Of a stretch of DNA of 64,000 nucleotides, positions 21,763 through 31,528 are shown in pieces. This stretch comes from Microthrixaceae bacterium (lineage in GTDB: Bacteria > Actinomycetota > Acidimicrobiia > Acidimicrobiales > Microtrichaceae): positions 1,305-65,304 of the forward strand of contig JAWKIE010000024.1 in the NCBI GenBank assembly GCA_041394485.1. The letters run 5' to 3'. The notes under the pieces were generated by a model. That model made no database searches. It saw only the letters and a program-made list of their open reading frames with translations, and was not told the DNA's origin. The translations under genes and the position numbers were made by a program. Positions within the stretch are counted from its first letter, which is position 1; the number at the start of each line of letters is the position of its first letter.

Positions 21763-23496
21763 ATGCAACGATCGACCAACCGGACGTGCCGACGCAGCCG
21801 GACGATCGCGGTTGCGGTCGCACTGTTGGCCGCACTGTTTCCCGCACTGGGCCTGACCGCGCCCGTCGGCGCGCAGGGCGCCGACCCATGGGACGCCTTC
21901 AACCAGGTCTCCGGGGCCAACGGTGCGGAGTACATCGCCGACGGTTCCAACCGGGCGCTGCAGTTTCGTGGGGTCAACATCAAGACCACCGATCCCATCA
22001 ACGGGGCAAGCGAGCAGGTGCTGGACGCCATCGAGGCCCGAGGCTTCAACCTGGTGCGGCTGTCCATCTTCTGGAACCTCTTCGAGCCGGTCGACGACGA
22101 CTACGACCAGGACTACCTCGACGACGTCGACCAGGTGTTGACGTGGGCCGAGGATCGTGGCCTGTGGGTGATCGTCGACTTCCATCAGGACGTGTTCGGT
22201 CCGGCCTTCGGGGACTACGGCATCCCCGAATGGGCGACCGACGACGGCGGCCTGCCCTTCGAGGACACGGGCAGCTTCCTCACCAACTACCTGCAACCCG
22301 GAGTACAGGAGGCGTGGGAGAACCTCTACGAGGACCCGGAGATCCGGGCGGCGCAGGCGGAGGCCTGGACGCGTATCGCCACCGAGTATCGCGACCACCC
22401 CAACGTGCTCGGCTACGACCTGCTCAACGAACCGTTCGGGAAGATGCGGGAGGGCGAGGACCTCTTCACGGCCGCCGCCCGCGTCGAAAGGGTGCAGCTG
22501 ACCGCCATGTACCAACGCCTCACCGACGCGATCCGTACGGTCGACGAACGGTCGTGGATGTTCATCGAGGCGCCCAACCTGGCATCTCTGGGCATCGCCA
22601 CCTCGTTGGGCCGGGTGGACGACCCCCGCGTCGCCTTCTACCCGCACATGTACAACACCGACATCGAAACCGAGATCTACAACGGTTCGGGCGACCCCAG
22701 CGGCTACGACTCCAACTTCTTCGCCAACTGGGCGGCGGCGATCACCACCTACACCGACCGCTACCCCGTGCCCATGCTGGTCGGCGAGTGGGGGGTCCCC
22801 ACCCCCTACGAGGGCCTTGACCGATACATCGCCGAGGCGCTGGTGACCCTGGAGGAGACCTCCTCGGGGTGGAACTGGTTCAACGGCTGCCTCGGTGGCG
22901 GGTATTGCACCTTCGGCCCGGACGGCGAGGACCGCGAGCAGGTCGACCAGATCGTGCAGCCCTATGCACGGGCGATCGCCGGACTCCCCGACGAGCACCA
23001 CTACGACCCCGCCACGCGCACCCTTCGCCTGACCTATGCGGACGGCGAGGCCACGGGCGCCACCGAGCTGGTGGTGCCCAGCGCCAAGCACTACCCGGCC
23101 GGATGGAGCCTGATCGTGGACGGGGTTCCGGTGGGGTCCGGCGCGGCGGACGAACCGTCGACGGGAGTGTCGGGCGATCTCCGACGTGCCGTTGCGGACG
23201 ACTCGGTCGTCGTCGAATCGCCGCTCGACGGCGTGGACGTCGTCAGCCTCGCGGTCCCCCAGGACGGCACCACCCACGCGGTGTGCATCACTCCGTTGGA
23301 GGCGGCCCAGCGCTGTGACGCCCCCCTGGCCGAGGAGCCGACCGCCGAGCCTCCCTCGACGGGTGAGACCGCTCCCTCGGACGCCGGAGCTCCATCCGAC
23401 GCGGGTGCTCCGGAGTCCGGCGCCGCCCCCTCCGACGGGCGTTCGTCGCCCGGAGCGGGCGAGTCCCGACCGCTGTCGCCTCGATTCACCGGCTGA
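21763..23496 (+). CDS. Secreted GH5 glycoside hydrolase (endoglycoceramidase-like)
   Basis: FRGVN, GFNLVRL, VDFHQD, GYDLLNEP (acid/base Glu), YPHMY, VGEWG (nucleophile Glu). Confidence 0.88.
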   Translation: MQRSTNRTCRRSRTIAVAVALLAALFPALGLTAPVGAQGADPWDAFNQVSGANGAEYIADGSNRALQFRGVNIKTTDPINGASEQVLDAIEARGFNLVRLSIFWNLFEPVDDDYDQDYLDDVDQVLTWAEDRGLWVIVDFHQDVFGPAFGDYGIPEWATDDGGLPFEDTGSFLTNYLQPGVQEAWENLYEDPEIRAAQAEAWTRIATEYRDHPNVLGYDLLNEPFGKMREGEDLFTAAARVERVQLTAMYQRLTDAIRTVDERSWMFIEAPNLASLGIATSLGRVDDPRVAFYPHMYNTDIETEIYNGSGDPSGYDSNFFANWAAAITTYTDRYPVPMLVGEWGVPTPYEGLDRYIAEALVTLEETSSGWNWFNGCLGGGYCTFGPDGEDREQVDQIVQPYARAIAGLPDEHHYDPATRTLRLTYADGEATGATELVVPSAKHYPAGWSLIVDGVPVGSGAADEPSTGVSGDLRRAVADDSVVVESPLDGVDVVSLAVPQDGTTHAVCITPLEAAQRCDAPLAEEPTAEPPSTGETAPSDAGAPSDAGAPESGAAPSDGRSSPGAGESRPLSPRFTG

Positions 23497-23559
23497 GCCC
23501 GGCGCCCGGCAATCGACTTCCCCACGGGCGGTGCCACGGCCTACCATCGTGGCCACTTG

Positions 23560-23635
23560 GTGGGCGTAGCTCAGTTGGTTAGAGCGCCAGGTTGTGATCC
23601 TGGAGGCCGGGGTTCGAGACCCCTCGCTCACCCCA
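23560..23635 (+). tRNA. tRNA-His(GTG)
   Basis: GTGGGCG/CGCTCAC; anticodon arm CCAGG-TTGTGAT-CCTGG; encoded CCA; G at position -1. Confidence 0.97.
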
Positions 23636-23762
23636 CCCGACGACCGCCCGGCCGCTTGGCCGGGCGGTCGTTCGCGCTCCGGTACAGCCGGGTGCGGCGA
23701 CGCGAGCGCGAGGCCGAATCGTTGGTGGCGCGGGCGGTACAGCCTGTACACTCGTCCGCCTT

Positions 23763-23836
23763 GCGCCTCTAGCTCAATTGGTTAGAGCGTCGGACTCTTA
23801 ATCCGTAGGTTCCGGGTTCGAGTCCCGGGGGGCGTA
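23763..23836 (+). tRNA. tRNA-Lys(CTT)
   Basis: GCGCCTC/GGGGCGT; anticodon loop CTCTTAA; GGTTCGAGT. Confidence 0.95.
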
Positions 23837-23941
23837 CACGAACAGGACCCCAGGCAACCCGGTCTCCGGGAGGCCTGGGGTCTTGTCGCGTGTGGTGTGC
23901 CGGCGGACGCCGTCGTTGACCTCCGGCACGGACGGCACTCT

Positions 23942-24000
23942 TCAACCGAAGGGTTGCATAAGGCGCAGGACGTCGGTACTGTATTCAACCATGACGTTGA
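23942..24000 (+). promoter_or_regulatory. Two imperfect palindromes, probable autoregulatory operators of the ArsR-family gene
   Basis: TCAACCgaagGGTTGC (23942) and TCAACCatgaCGTTGA (23985), just upstream of the regulator. Confidence 0.55.
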
Positions 24001-24025
24001 TGACACTCGACATCGGAACGCCCAC

Positions 24026-24409
24026 ATGAGCGCCGAGGACGGCGCAGCGGCGCTCTCCAACGTCTTCGCCGCACTCGCCGACCCCACCCGGCGGGATCTG
24101 GTTGCCCGGCTGGCCGAGCGAGACGCAACCGTCGGCGAACTGGCCGAGCCCTACGAGGTGACGGTCCAGGCCATCTCCAAGCACCTCAAGGTGTTGGAGG
24201 ACTCCGGTCTGATCACGAAGACCAAGGACGCCCAGCGCCGCACCGTGCACCTCGAAGCGGAGGTCTTCGACCTGATGACGAAATGGATCGAGCGCTACCG
24301 GCGACAGGCCGAACAGCGGTACCGCCGCCTCGACGCCGTGCTCGCCGAGATGAACCACCCCGAGACACAACCAGCCGACACCGACAACACCAAGGAGCAA
24401 GCATCATGA
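24026..24409 (+). CDS. ArsR/SmtB-family transcriptional regulator
   Basis: VFAALADPTRRDLVARL...AISKHLKVLEDSGLI. Confidence 0.92.
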   Translation: MSAEDGAAALSNVFAALADPTRRDLVARLAERDATVGELAEPYEVTVQAISKHLKVLEDSGLITKTKDAQRRTVHLEAEVFDLMTKWIERYRRQAEQRYRRLDAVLAEMNHPETQPADTDNTKEQAS

Positions 24410-24891
24410 CCACCACCGACACCGCCGTCGAAGCCACGATCGAAGCCGACGACCGCGTGCCCGTCATCCGCATCACAAGGGACTTCGCCGCCACCCCGGC
24501 GCAGTTGATGGCCGCCCACACCGACCCCGAGCTGTTCGCACGCTGGGTCGGCCCGGAGGGCATGGACACCAGGGTGGTCGTCTGGGACGCCCGCGACGGG
24601 GGCGAATGGCGTTACGTCGCCTCCCGGGACGGCGAGGAGTACGCCTTCCGCGGCTGCTTCCACCGCATCACCGACACCTCGATCGTGCAGACGTTCAACT
24701 TCGAACCGATGCCCGACGCGGTCTCCCTCGAGACGCTGACCTTCGAGGATCTCGGCGACGGCACCACCCGGCTGCACGCCCAGTCGCTCGTGGACAGCTT
24801 CGAGGGAAGGGACGCCTGGCTGGCGTCGGGCATGGAGTCGGGGGTCAACGAGGGCTACGCCAAGCTGGACGCGCTGCTGGCCGAGCGCTGA
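24406..24891 (+). CDS. SRPBCC/AHSA1-family protein
   Basis: ITRDFAATP...ARWVGP...SGMESGVNEGYAKLD; ATGA overlap with the ArsR gene. Confidence 0.9.
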   Translation: MTTTDTAVEATIEADDRVPVIRITRDFAATPAQLMAAHTDPELFARWVGPEGMDTRVVVWDARDGGEWRYVASRDGEEYAFRGCFHRITDTSIVQTFNFEPMPDAVSLETLTFEDLGDGTTRLHAQSLVDSFEGRDAWLASGMESGVNEGYAKLDALLAER

Positions 24892-25029
24892 GGCTCATCA
24901 CCCACGGGATCGCCGGCCGGATGGTCGCCCTCGACGCGGACGACCACCGCGCTCCTCCCTCGTTGCGCCACGTTGAGCTTCGAGGGGAGAACGCGATGGT
25001 CGTCGGTTCAACCTGGGTTGGCGGCCGGG

Positions 25030-26134
25030 TTAGTGGCTGCGCACGTCCGTCGCCGTCTTGGCCTTGGAGGCGGTCGCAGGACCGGGCAGGCCGTACGCCT
25101 CGGCGTTGGTGAGGTCGACCCCGTAGCCCAGATCGGCCATCGCCGCCACCGACAAGGCGCTCAGCGGCGTCACGTCGGACGGTCCGGACTCCGGCGTCAT
25201 GATCTCGAGACCGAAGGTGTCCTCACTCCAGTGGCCGGGAATACCGGCCGAGGAGTTGTCCGCGTCCCGGATCGGGATCACGCCCACTCCGCCGAGCTCC
25301 TGGAAGATGCCGTTGGCCGCCTTCCCGTCGAAGGTCGGGGCGGCTCCCACGGTGACGTTGGTGTTCCAGTTCGGACCCACTCCCAATCCGAGGACGTGGC
25401 CCATCTCGTGGGTGATCACGTCGCCGAAGTAGGCGGGCGCGGCCAGGAACGTCGGCAGATCGTCCAAGTCGACCCGCATCGTGCCCAGGATCGTGGTGCC
25501 GTCGGTTCGGAATTCGCAACCGCCGCCGTTGGCGTCGGCCCCGCCCGGCCCGTCGATCGCCTGAACGTCGACGTCGATCACGACGTCGTCGATGGCGCCG
25601 GTGATGGCGGCGGTGCCGGGCCGGCAGTAACCCGCTGGGAACCCGCCCGGATCGTCGGGCAGGCCCGTCTTGATCATGCCCTCCCACCGGGTGGCCGCAT
25701 CCTCAAGATCGTCGCCACTGCCGGTGGCACCGGGACATCGGTACGTCGATGTTGAATGCGTCAGGGTTCAGCGCCGCGACCGTCACCACGGTGGTGCGGG
25801 TGGTCGGCGCGTTGGTGCCGTCGGAGACCTCCAACTTCACCGTCGTCGCGCCGACCGCCGCAAACGTGGTGGTGCGCAGCGACTCGGAGGTGCAGCTGGT
25901 GACCGTCTTGTCGACCGTGCCGTCGTTGTCCAGGTCCAACCTGCAGGTCATCGAGTCGCCGTCGGGGTCGGAGATGGACCAGCCCAGCGCGGTGGTGAGT
26001 GGCGAGGACCCAGAGGGTGTCACCGCGGCGAACGCTGAAATCGTCGGTGCCCGGTTCGAGGGCGGTGCATGCACGCAGGACGACACCATCAAGGCGCCGA
26101 CCGCTGTTGCGACCGGGAGCGTTTTCAACTTCAT
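25030..26134 (-). CDS. Lipoprotein with PKD-like domain and leishmanolysin (M8)-like zinc metallopeptidase; frameshifted near 25700-25740
   Basis: Lipobox VSSC; DPDGDSMTCRLDLDNDG; HEMGHVLG...GHWSE...EIMTP...LSVAAMADLGY. Confidence 0.75.
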
Positions 26135-26374
26135 TCTGCTTCTCCTTCCGTGGGCAGAATTGCCCATCGAGAGGGAATGTCTCGCAGTCTCCCGTGCGCC
26201 CACATCCGCCACAATGGAGGATTCGACTTGCCTCACACTGCGTTTGGTGGCGCGTTGACACATAAGAGGACTCTTCGCCCGAGGTTGTTCAGCCGGGTGC
26301 GGCGGTCCGCCGGACCTGTGAGACTCACCGGGCAATCGACCTGTGACACCTCACGCGATGTTGGGAGCCCGCCC

Positions 26375-27823
26375 TTGACCGATCCACAGCTGCTCGACCG
26401 TCGGCGCTTCTACATCGGCGGGGCCTGGGTCGAACCCGACAGTCCCAACGACGCGCTGGTCCTCGACCCGTCGACCGAGGAGGCGGCCGCGGTGATCTCG
26501 CTGGGTTCGGAGGCCGACACCGACGCTGCGGTCGGCGCCGCCCGGGCGGCGTTTCCTGCGTGGAGCGAGACCGACCCGTCGGTTCGCGTCGGGCTGCTGG
26601 AACGCCTGCTCGAGGTGTACGAGGCCCGCTCGGAGGCGCTGGCGACGGCGCTCTCGCTGGAGATGGGGGCACCCATCGACCTGGCCCGCAACTCCCAGGT
26701 GACCGCCGGGTCCTGGCACCTCCGCAACACGATCGCCGCCCTCGCGTCGTTTGCCTTCGACCGCCCGCTCGACGAGGACTCCCCCGGTGATCGCATCCTG
26801 TACGAACCCGTGGGTGTGTGCGCGCTGATCACTCCCTGGAACTGGCCGATGAACCAGGTGACCCTGAAGGTGGGGCCGGCGCTCGGGGTCGGCTGCACGG
26901 TGGTGCTGAAGCCGTCGGAGATCGCTCCGCTGTCGTCGGCGCTGTTTGCCGAGTTGGTGCACGAGGCCGGGTTTCCTCCGGGGGTGTTCAACCTCGTCAA
27001 CGGCGACGGCGCCGGCGTCGGGACCTGGCTCTCCGGTCACCGCGACGTGGACATGGTGTCCTTCACCGGGTCGACGCGTGCCGGAACCGCCGTCACGACG
27101 AACTCGGCCGACTCGATCAAGCGGGTGGCACTCGAGCTCGGCGGGAAGGGTGCCAACCTCGTGTTTGCGGACGCCGACGACGGTGCCGTCGAACGCGGCG
27201 TGCGCCACTGCTTCAACAACAGCGGCCAGTCGTGCAACGCGCCCACCCGCATGCTGGTCGAACGTCCGGCCTATGACGAGGCGGTCGCCACGGCCCGACG
27301 CATCGCCGAGGAGACCACCGTCGGCGCTCCCGACGCACCCGGTCGACACCTCGGCCCGGTGGTCTCGGAGGCGCAGTTCGACAAGATCCAGGCGCTGATC
27401 GACTCCGGTGTCCGAGAGGGGGCGAGCCTGGTGGCCGGCGGGCCCGGACGACCCGAGGACCACGAGGTCGGGTACTACGTCCGCCCGACGGTATTCGCCG
27501 ACGTGACACCAACGATGACGATTGCCCGGGACGAGATTTTCGGCCCGGTGCTGTCGATCCTCCCCTTCGACACCGAAGAGGAGGCGGTTGCGATCGCCAA
27601 TGACACGGTGTTCGGCCTGACCAACTACGTCCAGACGACCGACGCGGACAAGGCCCGACGGGTTGCGCGGCGCCTTCGGTCCGGCATGGTGGAGATGAAC
27701 GGCAGACCGCGATCGGCCGGGTCGCCGTTCGGCGGGTACGGCCAGTCCGGCAATGGGCGAGAAGGTGGTGTGTGGGGCCTCGAGGAGTTCCTCGAGGTCA
27801 AGGCCGTCAGCGGGTGGACCTGA
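26375..27823 (+). CDS. Aldehyde dehydrogenase
   Basis: ITPWNWP, FTGST, LELGGK, NSGQSC, EIFGPV. Confidence 0.95.
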   Translation: MTDPQLLDRRRFYIGGAWVEPDSPNDALVLDPSTEEAAAVISLGSEADTDAAVGAARAAFPAWSETDPSVRVGLLERLLEVYEARSEALATALSLEMGAPIDLARNSQVTAGSWHLRNTIAALASFAFDRPLDEDSPGDRILYEPVGVCALITPWNWPMNQVTLKVGPALGVGCTVVLKPSEIAPLSSALFAELVHEAGFPPGVFNLVNGDGAGVGTWLSGHRDVDMVSFTGSTRAGTAVTTNSADSIKRVALELGGKGANLVFADADDGAVERGVRHCFNNSGQSCNAPTRMLVERPAYDEAVATARRIAEETTVGAPDAPGRHLGPVVSEAQFDKIQALIDSGVREGASLVAGGPGRPEDHEVGYYVRPTVFADVTPTMTIARDEIFGPVLSILPFDTEEEAVAIANDTVFGLTNYVQTTDADKARRVARRLRSGMVEMNGRPRSAGSPFGGYGQSGNGREGGVWGLEEFLEVKAVSGWT

Positions 27824-27825
27824 CG

Positions 27826-28935
27826 ATGCGGGCAGCGGTCTGCCGCGAGTTCGGCGCACCCCTGGTCATCGAAGAGCTGAGGATCGACCTGCCCGGCCCC
27901 GACGAGGTGCTCGTCGACATCCGCGCGGTGGCGATCTGCGCCAGCGATCTCCACGCCGGCGACGGCTCGTGGGGCGGCTCCCTACCGGCCGTGAACGGAC
28001 ACGAGGCGTCCGGAGTCGTTGCCGCCGTCGGACCCGGCGTCAAGACGGTGCAACCGGGCGACCGGGTGGTCGTGTCGCTGCTGCGGACCTGCGAGCACTG
28101 CTTCTTCTGCGATGCCGACCTGTCCCATCTCTGCGAAGGGCGGGCCGGCTTCGCGCTCGCTTCCGAGCATCGCCTCCACGACCCCATCGGCGGCGACGTC
28201 GCCCAGGGCGTGTACACCGGGGCGTTCGCCGAGCAGGCCGTGGTGCACCGCTCTCAGGTGGCACCCGTGCCCGACGCCGTCGGCTTCGAGGCGGCCTGCC
28301 TGCTGGCCTGCGGGGTGATCACCGGCTTCGGCGCGGTCGCCAACACCGTCGAGGTGCCGGTGGGGTCCAGCGTGGCGGTAATCGGCACCGGCGGCGTGGG
28401 CCTCAACTCAGTGCAGGGCGCGCTGCTCGCCGGCGCCTCACCGATCATCGCGCTCGACGTCACCGACCGGAAGCTGTCCGACGCGCTCCAGTTTGGTGCC
28501 ACCGACACCATCCGCGCCGACCAGGGCGACCCGGTCGCCGCAGTGGCGGCGTTGACCGCCGGCCGGGGCGCCGACTTTGCCTTTGTCACCGTGGGTTCGG
28601 CCGCCGTCATCGAGCAGGCGATCGAGTTGACCCGTGTCGGGGGCACCGTCGTGGTCGCCGGCATGACCCGCACCGGCGACCATGCGACGATCGAGACCAG
28701 CGGTTTCGCCGGCGGCGGGAAGCACCTGATCGGATCGGCCATGGGCTCGGCCCGGTTGTCCAGGGACATTCCGAGGTTGACCGAGATGTACCTGGAAGGG
28801 CGCCTGCTGCTGGACGAGCTCATCACGGCCACCTATCGGCTGGACGAGATCAACGAGGCGATCGCCTCCACCCGTCGCGGCGAGGCTCGCCGAAACGTGG
28901 TCACCTTCGACGCCGACGATCGGGTCGCATCTTGA
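27826..28935 (+). CDS. Zn-dependent alcohol dehydrogenase
   Basis: ICASD, GHEASG, CEHCFFC...C, GTGGVG. Confidence 0.94.
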   Translation: MRAAVCREFGAPLVIEELRIDLPGPDEVLVDIRAVAICASDLHAGDGSWGGSLPAVNGHEASGVVAAVGPGVKTVQPGDRVVVSLLRTCEHCFFCDADLSHLCEGRAGFALASEHRLHDPIGGDVAQGVYTGAFAEQAVVHRSQVAPVPDAVGFEAACLLACGVITGFGAVANTVEVPVGSSVAVIGTGGVGLNSVQGALLAGASPIIALDVTDRKLSDALQFGATDTIRADQGDPVAAVAALTAGRGADFAFVTVGSAAVIEQAIELTRVGGTVVVAGMTRTGDHATIETSGFAGGGKHLIGSAMGSARLSRDIPRLTEMYLEGRLLLDELITATYRLDEINEAIASTRRGEARRNVVTFDADDRVAS

Positions 28936-30260
28936 AACTCGACCGGATCGACACCTACGTGACCGCGCCTCCCACCGGCATCGGCGGGAGCCACTGGGTG
29001 CTGGTTCGGGTGACCACCGACGACGGCATCACCGGGGTGGGCGAGTGCTACGGGGTCCCGTTTGCGGGCGACGTGGTCGCTCGAATGGTCGAGGACACCT
29101 TCGATCGCTACATCGCGGGCGAGGACCCCCACGACGTCGAGACGATGTACCGCCGCGTCTACTCCGCCGGATTCACCCAGCGCCCCGACGTGAGCGTGAT
29201 GGGCGTCTTCAGCGGTATCGAGATGGCGGTCTGGGACATTCTCGGCAAGGCGCACGACCAGCCCGTCTACAACCTGCTCGGTGGCGCGTTCCATCGGCGG
29301 CTCCGGACCTACACCTATCTCTATCCTCGTAGCGCCGACGACACCCGTCATCGACCGTCGGCCGACGTCGACATCGAGGGCGACGTCTACCACGACCCGA
29401 CCGTGGCGGCCGAGCGCGCACTCGACTACGTCGAGGCCGGCTTCACCGCGATCAAGCAGGACCCCACTGGTCCCTACGCCGTTCAGGGCGGGCGGGAGCT
29501 GTCCATGGGCGAGCTGGCACGCAGCGAGGCCAACGCCCGCGCCATCCGCGAGGCCGTCGGCGATCGGGCCGACCTCCTGTTTGGGACGCACGGCCAGATG
29601 AGCACCGGCTCGGCGATCCGCCTGGCCCGTCGCTTGGAGCAGTTCGATCCGCTGTGGTTCGAGGAACCGTGTCCGCCCGACCAGGTCGAGGCGATCGGGC
29701 AGGTTGCCGGGGCGACGTCGATTCCCGTCGCCACGGGCGAGCGGCTGACCACCCGCCGCGAGTTTCACGACGCGTTGAAGGTCGGCGTGCGGATCCTGCA
29801 ACCCAACATCGGGCGGGCGGGCGGGGTCTGGGAGACCAAGAAGATCGCCGGGGTGGCCGAGCTGTTCAACGCACAGGTCGCACCGCACATCTACTGCGGG
29901 CCCATCGCCCATGCCGCCGCGGCCCACGTCGGCTTCAGCAGCCCCAACTTCCTGATGCTGGAGACGATTCAGACCGCCTTCCACGACGACCTCGTGGCGG
30001 AGCCGCTTTCCTGGGAAGCGGGCTACCTCATCGCCCCCACGCGGCCCGGCCTCGGTCTTGAGTTGAACCTGGACGTCGTCGCCGCCCACCCGTACGAGCC
30101 CGGCGGCCCGCTTCACCTCGAGATGACCCAACATCCGGTGCCCTCGGACAACACGAGGCTGCCCGACGAGTTCTCCAGGCGCCGAGCGGGGGCGCCCGTC
30201 AGGCCCGGTCCGCGGAGCGCACCACCACCCGGTCACGGGGATGGACACGACCGGGGGTAA
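28932..30260 (+). CDS. Mandelate racemase / muconate lactonizing enzyme (enolase superfamily)
   Basis: TDDGITGVGE, EMAVWDILGK, WFEEP, ATGERL, APH, PGLG; TTG start overlaps the ADH stop. Confidence 0.92.
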   Translation: MKLDRIDTYVTAPPTGIGGSHWVLVRVTTDDGITGVGECYGVPFAGDVVARMVEDTFDRYIAGEDPHDVETMYRRVYSAGFTQRPDVSVMGVFSGIEMAVWDILGKAHDQPVYNLLGGAFHRRLRTYTYLYPRSADDTRHRPSADVDIEGDVYHDPTVAAERALDYVEAGFTAIKQDPTGPYAVQGGRELSMGELARSEANARAIREAVGDRADLLFGTHGQMSTGSAIRLARRLEQFDPLWFEEPCPPDQVEAIGQVAGATSIPVATGERLTTRREFHDALKVGVRILQPNIGRAGGVWETKKIAGVAELFNAQVAPHIYCGPIAHAAAAHVGFSSPNFLMLETIQTAFHDDLVAEPLSWEAGYLIAPTRPGLGLELNLDVVAAHPYEPGGPLHLEMTQHPVPSDNTRLPDEFSRRRAGAPVRPGPRSAPPPGHGDGHDRG

Positions 30261-31257
30261 GCACGGACGCGTACCAACGCGCCCGTCCCGGGCTGACGTC
30301 GTGGCCCAACCGCCCTTGGTCGCCGTCGGCGAACCAGCGGCTGTTCTTCGCGCAGGGCACGGCGGGCGCCGTCAGCCTTGCCGTCATCGTTCCGATCTCG
30401 ACGATCAAACCGGATCGCAGCCGCGGCCAGTCGACACCGCTGACGCTGAGGTTCTCCCCGGCCGCCCCCGGGAAGATCGGATGGCCCTCGGCGGCCCATG
30501 CGGCGACGACGTCGGCCGACCACAGGCAGAGGGCCTGCCACGGACGCCCGTGGTGTTTTCGGGCGCCCTGCCGATCTCCGGCCACACCCCCGGCATCGAT
30601 CGCTCCGAATGGCACCGCCGGCTTGGGAACTCCCCCGTCACTTGCGTGCACGGACGCAACCTCGCCCGTCAACGGGCCCACGACGTCACCGAGTCGATGT
30701 CGGATCCGAGCGATCTCGGCCGACTGGTGCCTCAGCTCGTGACAGACGTGGCGAACCGCCCCGTCCAGCGGCAGGACGGTGTTCCCGACGTCGACCTGAT
30801 GGCGCCACGCCGACTCCTCGAGGGATCGCAGGTGGGCGCCGAGGCGGGTCGCCTCCCGATCGAGCGACTCCAGACTTGACGCAGGATCCCGACCCGGCGA
30901 GGCCTCGGCAGTGGGCATTCCCGACGGGTCGCGCCGGTTGGCCAACGGCGAGTCGACGGCGGTCTCGGCGGCACGTCGGTGGGCCCCCATCAGGTCGGCG
31001 AGGTGTGCGACGTGGTCACCGATCGACCAACTCGACGGATCGGTCCGTTCGTCCCACATCGAACGCGGGAGCGACTCAACCGCCAGCACGGCGAAGCGAT
31101 CGGCCAACTCCACGGTTCGGATCGCATCCTGGCGCGACCAGCGGGTCGAGTCGAAGCCGCATCGCTCACAGCGCTCCGGCGGCGCTCCCCTGGTCTGCGT
31201 CGTTGCTTCGATCTCGCCGATGCGCTCCAGTATTCCAGGCACGCGAGTGTCGGGCAC
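30199..31257 (-). CDS. DinB-like + MOSC domain fusion protein
   Basis: N-terminal CERCGF, WSIGDHVAHL and HELRH (DinB-like); C-terminal GGVPK, GAAGENL, PCAKN, YASVLTPG (MOSC). Confidence 0.82.
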   Translation of the reverse strand: MPDTRVPGILERIGEIEATTQTRGAPPERCERCGFDSTRWSRQDAIRTVELADRFAVLAVESLPRSMWDERTDPSSWSIGDHVAHLADLMGAHRRAAETAVDSPLANRRDPSGMPTAEASPGRDPASSLESLDREATRLGAHLRSLEESAWRHQVDVGNTVLPLDGAVRHVCHELRHQSAEIARIRHRLGDVVGPLTGEVASVHASDGGVPKPAVPFGAIDAGGVAGDRQGARKHHGRPWQALCLWSADVVAAWAAEGHPIFPGAAGENLSVSGVDWPRLRSGLIVEIGTMTARLTAPAVPCAKNSRWFADGDQGRLGHDVSPGRARWYASVLTPGRVHPRDRVVVRSADRA

Positions 31258-31332
31258 CCGGGTGGCGGGCCACCTCGGCAGCGCCGTGATCGAAGATTCG
31301 GTTTTCGAGGGTTACGGCCGCGGACGATCGGG

Positions 31333-31338
31333 TAGCTT
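31333..31338 (+). promoter_or_regulatory. Putative -10 element for leaderless transcription of the acidic peptide gene
   Basis: TAGCTT 7 nt before the ATG at 31346; no Shine-Dalgarno sequence. Confidence 0.5.
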
Positions 31339-31345
31339 CCGACAC

Positions 31346-31528
31346 ATGAGCATCACACTTGACGAGATCCGTACCGATTGGCCCGAGGAGGACACGATCG
31401 TGGCCTCCACCGATGGTGACGCCGGCGACGGCGACGGCGACGCCGGAGACGTCGGCGACGGCGATGGTGACGCCGGCGACGGTGACGGCGACGCCGGAGG
31501 GGGCGACACCGACGGCGGAGACGCCTGA
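31346..31528 (+). CDS. Small Asp/Gly-repeat peptide (60 aa), candidate RiPP precursor
   Basis: MSITLDEIRTDWPEEDTIVAST-DGDAGDGDGDAGDVGDGDGDAGDGDGDAGGGDTDGGDA; GC3-rich codons; first gene of the apparent cupin-ferredoxin operon. Confidence 0.8.
   Translation: MSITLDEIRTDWPEEDTIVASTDGDAGDGDGDAGDVGDGDGDAGDGDGDAGGGDTDGGDA

Noticed and set aside
23836-31257. Integrated element at tRNA-Lys
   Set aside because: I found no integrase or transposase and no duplicated tRNA 3' end.
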